A DNA stretch of 64,000 nt from Takakia lepidozioides (Eukaryota > Plantae > Bryophyta): positions 48,112,001-48,176,000 of the forward strand of contig CM060731.1 of assembly GCA_030704615.1 (NCBI GenBank). The letters are read 5' to 3'. Below are positions 61,501 through 64,000 of this stretch, piece after piece. A program made the position numbers and the translations under genes. The notes under the pieces were generated by a model. The model saw only the letters and a program-made list of their open reading frames with translations. It was not told the origin of the DNA and did no database searches. Every line of letters starts with the position of its first letter. Positions within the stretch are counted from its first letter, which is position 1.

Positions 61501-64000
61501 TACCTCTGCTCAGGGCTGACGTTGGTAAAGACTTACCTTGATACAAAAAATTGATCTGCGTTTTCCAGATATCCTCTAGAAATCCCTTCACACAAGCATC
61601 AATCTGCTGTGTGTGATTTGCCCAAAAACTAGCCTCAGAAGGGCCTGGGCTTTCGGCTCAGCCTCGAGACTTTCAAAGTTAGTAAACAGAGGTACAGGCA
61701 CAATTCCTGGATAGATTTGATCTGGTTGGTGTGTCTCAACACAGAGAGAGAGAAATTGAGTTCGAGAGGATTTTAATGATACTAAGTGGTCAACCAAGCT
61801 CAAATGCAGGCACAAAAGTCGAAAGAGAAGGAAGAGGATCAAGACCTGAAGGAGAAGCTGGACAGCGATTTACGGCATTGGCCCAGTCACAGCATTGCGC
61901 TCTAGTGCGTCCTCAGAAGATGAATTGCTCTCAAGTCTCTTTTGGCCAAAGGCTCCACCCCAGAGTACCTCCCGTATAGCTGAGAACACAAGTCTGAGAA
62001 GGTGAATGACTTCCCGGTTTTTCCTAGCGTTTATGGAGGGGAATTGTCTGTGTGAGAGAGAGATCTAGAGAGGAGTGAGGTGCCTGTGTATGAGAGGGGC
62101 AGAGGGAGAGGACATGAAGCCTTGCTGCAGAGTTGTGACATAAAGTTTGCAATGGCTTTGTGTGGGTATGGATACAGGAGAAGCCTGATGATTATGACAA
62201 GCTGATGAAGAGATGACATTTGAGATGAGAGCACATGCTTCTGATCGACAGAAGACAGCAGAAGAGATCGCCAAAGATGAGCGCACCCGCTGGAAGATCT
62301 GGAAGTAAGGAGTTGTGTCAGTTTGCATGTGGTCACTGGCTGTAACCTATTGGCAGACTGAAACACTTGGAGATTTCATGCTCATAATGTTGTCTCTGTG
62401 TTTCTATTTCGCTATTGTAGGCAGAGTACCTGCTATGCTACAAAATGTTGAACCCCAAGATATAGCTCCTTTTACTCTGCTAGCAAATAAGATTTTTTTA
62501 CAAAGTCAGAACTGAGAACTGTCTTTTCAAAAGAAGCTTATGAGCTGCTCCGACTTTCTTGCAGAAAAAACGTAAGAAACGGATGCTTGGGCAATCAGAT
62601 TCTGACGAGGAGGCAAGCGAGGGAAGTGACCAATGAGAATGCAGGTTCGCAGCGCCAGAAAAGGAAAAGGGACCAAGATATCTGTGATGATTTGGGTGAG
62701 AACTTTGTGATGGAGTGGATGAGTATCAAGAGAAAGGTGGGTGGATGAAGTGCTAGCTCAGAGGGGGAAGGAGCAAGAAGAGGAAGAATCAGGTGGTGAC
62801 TTGGATTCTGGCGATGAATCCGGTGACGATGAAGATTTGCCTGATGATGAGGAGGAGTCGGATGGGGACAGTGATAAGGGTTCTGATGAGGAGAGCTATT
62901 CAGAGGATGAGTGGGAGCAAAGTGATGATGAAGCTGCTGCACTAGATAATATTGTGCCGGAGAACTTTTCCAGGAAAGTGCCAAACAACAAGAACAATGA
63001 CCATTCAGCAAGCAAATCCGTAAGGGCTGGCAGAGAGCTGAAGGGAAAAGATGGCTTGTCAGATGAGGAAAAGCGGGGAAAAACAGGCCCAAAAAGGGCT
63101 CCAAAAGTTCCTGTTGAGGAAGTCCAAAATGTGGACAGCCTCCCATATGTGATTGATGCCCCACAGACACTGAAGGACTTTCAGCAGCTGATTGCTCATA
63201 AGAGGACCTTGCAGTTGCAGTACAAAGGATCCGAACTTGTAACGCAATTAGTTTGGCAGCTGAGAATCGAAGAAAAATGCAGGTTTGGCTTGTGTTTCCT
63301 TACTTTCTTGTTGCTGACATGGTACATGGCAGGGTCTGCATTGTGAACTCTTTAAGTTTGATTGACAGAGTGTGCCACTCAAGTGACAGATTCCTTACAA
63401 CAAACTCACCTCAATCTGGTTTTGTTTTACAGGTTTTCTACAGTGTGTTGCTTCAGTACTTCGCAGCCCTTGCTGGTGCTTGGTTTTGTGTAACTTAGTT
63501 GTTATGCCATGATAGAGATGAGTGCAGAGACACCCTATTTTGCTGCTGTCTGTGCACGCCAGCGCATTATCCGGATGCGGGGCCAACTTTCTGAAAAGCT
63601 AAAAGTTCAGGTGCAAGAAGGCAATCTCGAAGGGGGGCGCTCTTGCTGCTGGCTTGCTGACCATTTATTGTGATCGATTTTTAATATCACTGTGTGGGAA
63701 CTATGTTGCCATGAAGTCAGGGGTTTTTTCACCTCTCAATGAGACACTTAGGTTAAGGTTTAGTTGCAAGGGAAGGATTCATGGAATTTAGTTGAGCTCA
63801 AGGGGTGGAAGAGTGCCTGAGGATCAGTAACTTTAGCCAAAAGCTTGAAGCAGAAGCACTTTTGTTGTTGTGATTCTCGCAGAGGACATCAGTTGCTGGC
63901 CCTCCATGCGAACGCTGCTATTACTGAGACTTTGGTCTATGATATTTCCACCGTCTGATTTTCGGCATGGGGTTATGACACCTGCCATGCTCCTTATGGC
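58528..64000 (+). CDS. NOP14: Nucleolar protein 14 (SSU processome), 3'-incomplete; many 1-nt deletions
   Basis: FETLWTRRKFDVLGKK..GLSRSAAVDK (exon to 58751); RKKTLLQEY..RFGE..KAILRFQRER (59849-59983); SKFNL..LTHG; RSKKEIMEEVIAKSKFYK; DDYDKL..ASDRQKTAEEIA; acidic tract; LPYVIDAP; VFYSVLLQYF; WSMIFPPSDFRHGVMTPA. Confidence 0.92.
58838..59425 (+). mobile_element. Diverged LINE A 3' fragment in NOP14 intron 1
   Basis: Collinear with ~55655-56180; ends CTGAGTACA. Confidence 0.85.
61418..61720 (-). mobile_element. LINE A 3' fragment in a NOP14 intron, with TSD
   Basis: Flanked by TCTGGTTGGTGTGTCTCAA at 61394-61412 and 61721-61739. Confidence 0.9.

Noticed and set aside
1-64000. tRNA or rRNA genes
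   Set aside because: None recognised by eye; tRNAscan-SE or Infernal would be needed to exclude them.

Overview
Eukaryotic, intron-containing, transposon-dense DNA of plant type; an early-diverging land plant or other streptophyte is inferred from the gene and TE types, not proven. Bases 1-29,667 are a nested TE block. It holds a decayed CACTA/En-Spm element (TnpD-type transposase on +, second ORF on -), an inverted partial copy of it ending in a canonical CACTACAAGAAAA TIR at 29,667, a ~2.3 kb non-coding repeat in three copies, and LINE fragments. It also holds a truncated Ty3/gypsy element whose polyprotein carries a DNMT3-like C5 cytosine methyltransferase domain between protease and RT; this is the main highlight. 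Bases 29.7-39.2 kb hold a ribose-phosphate pyrophosphokinase (PRS) pseudogene whose 3' end and flank are duplicated as ~1.6 kb inverted arms, a perfect 77-bp-arm palindrome upstream of it, and LINE and copia scraps. Bases 42-57.3 kb hold a synaptotagmin-like (SMP+C2) gene whose introns contain LINEs, including one TSD-bounded copy with a second LINE family nested in it. From 58.5 kb to the end is NOP14. Both host genes show 1-nt deletions, either from decay or from assembly error. All calls were made by eye from motifs; no database searches were run and many boundaries are approximate.
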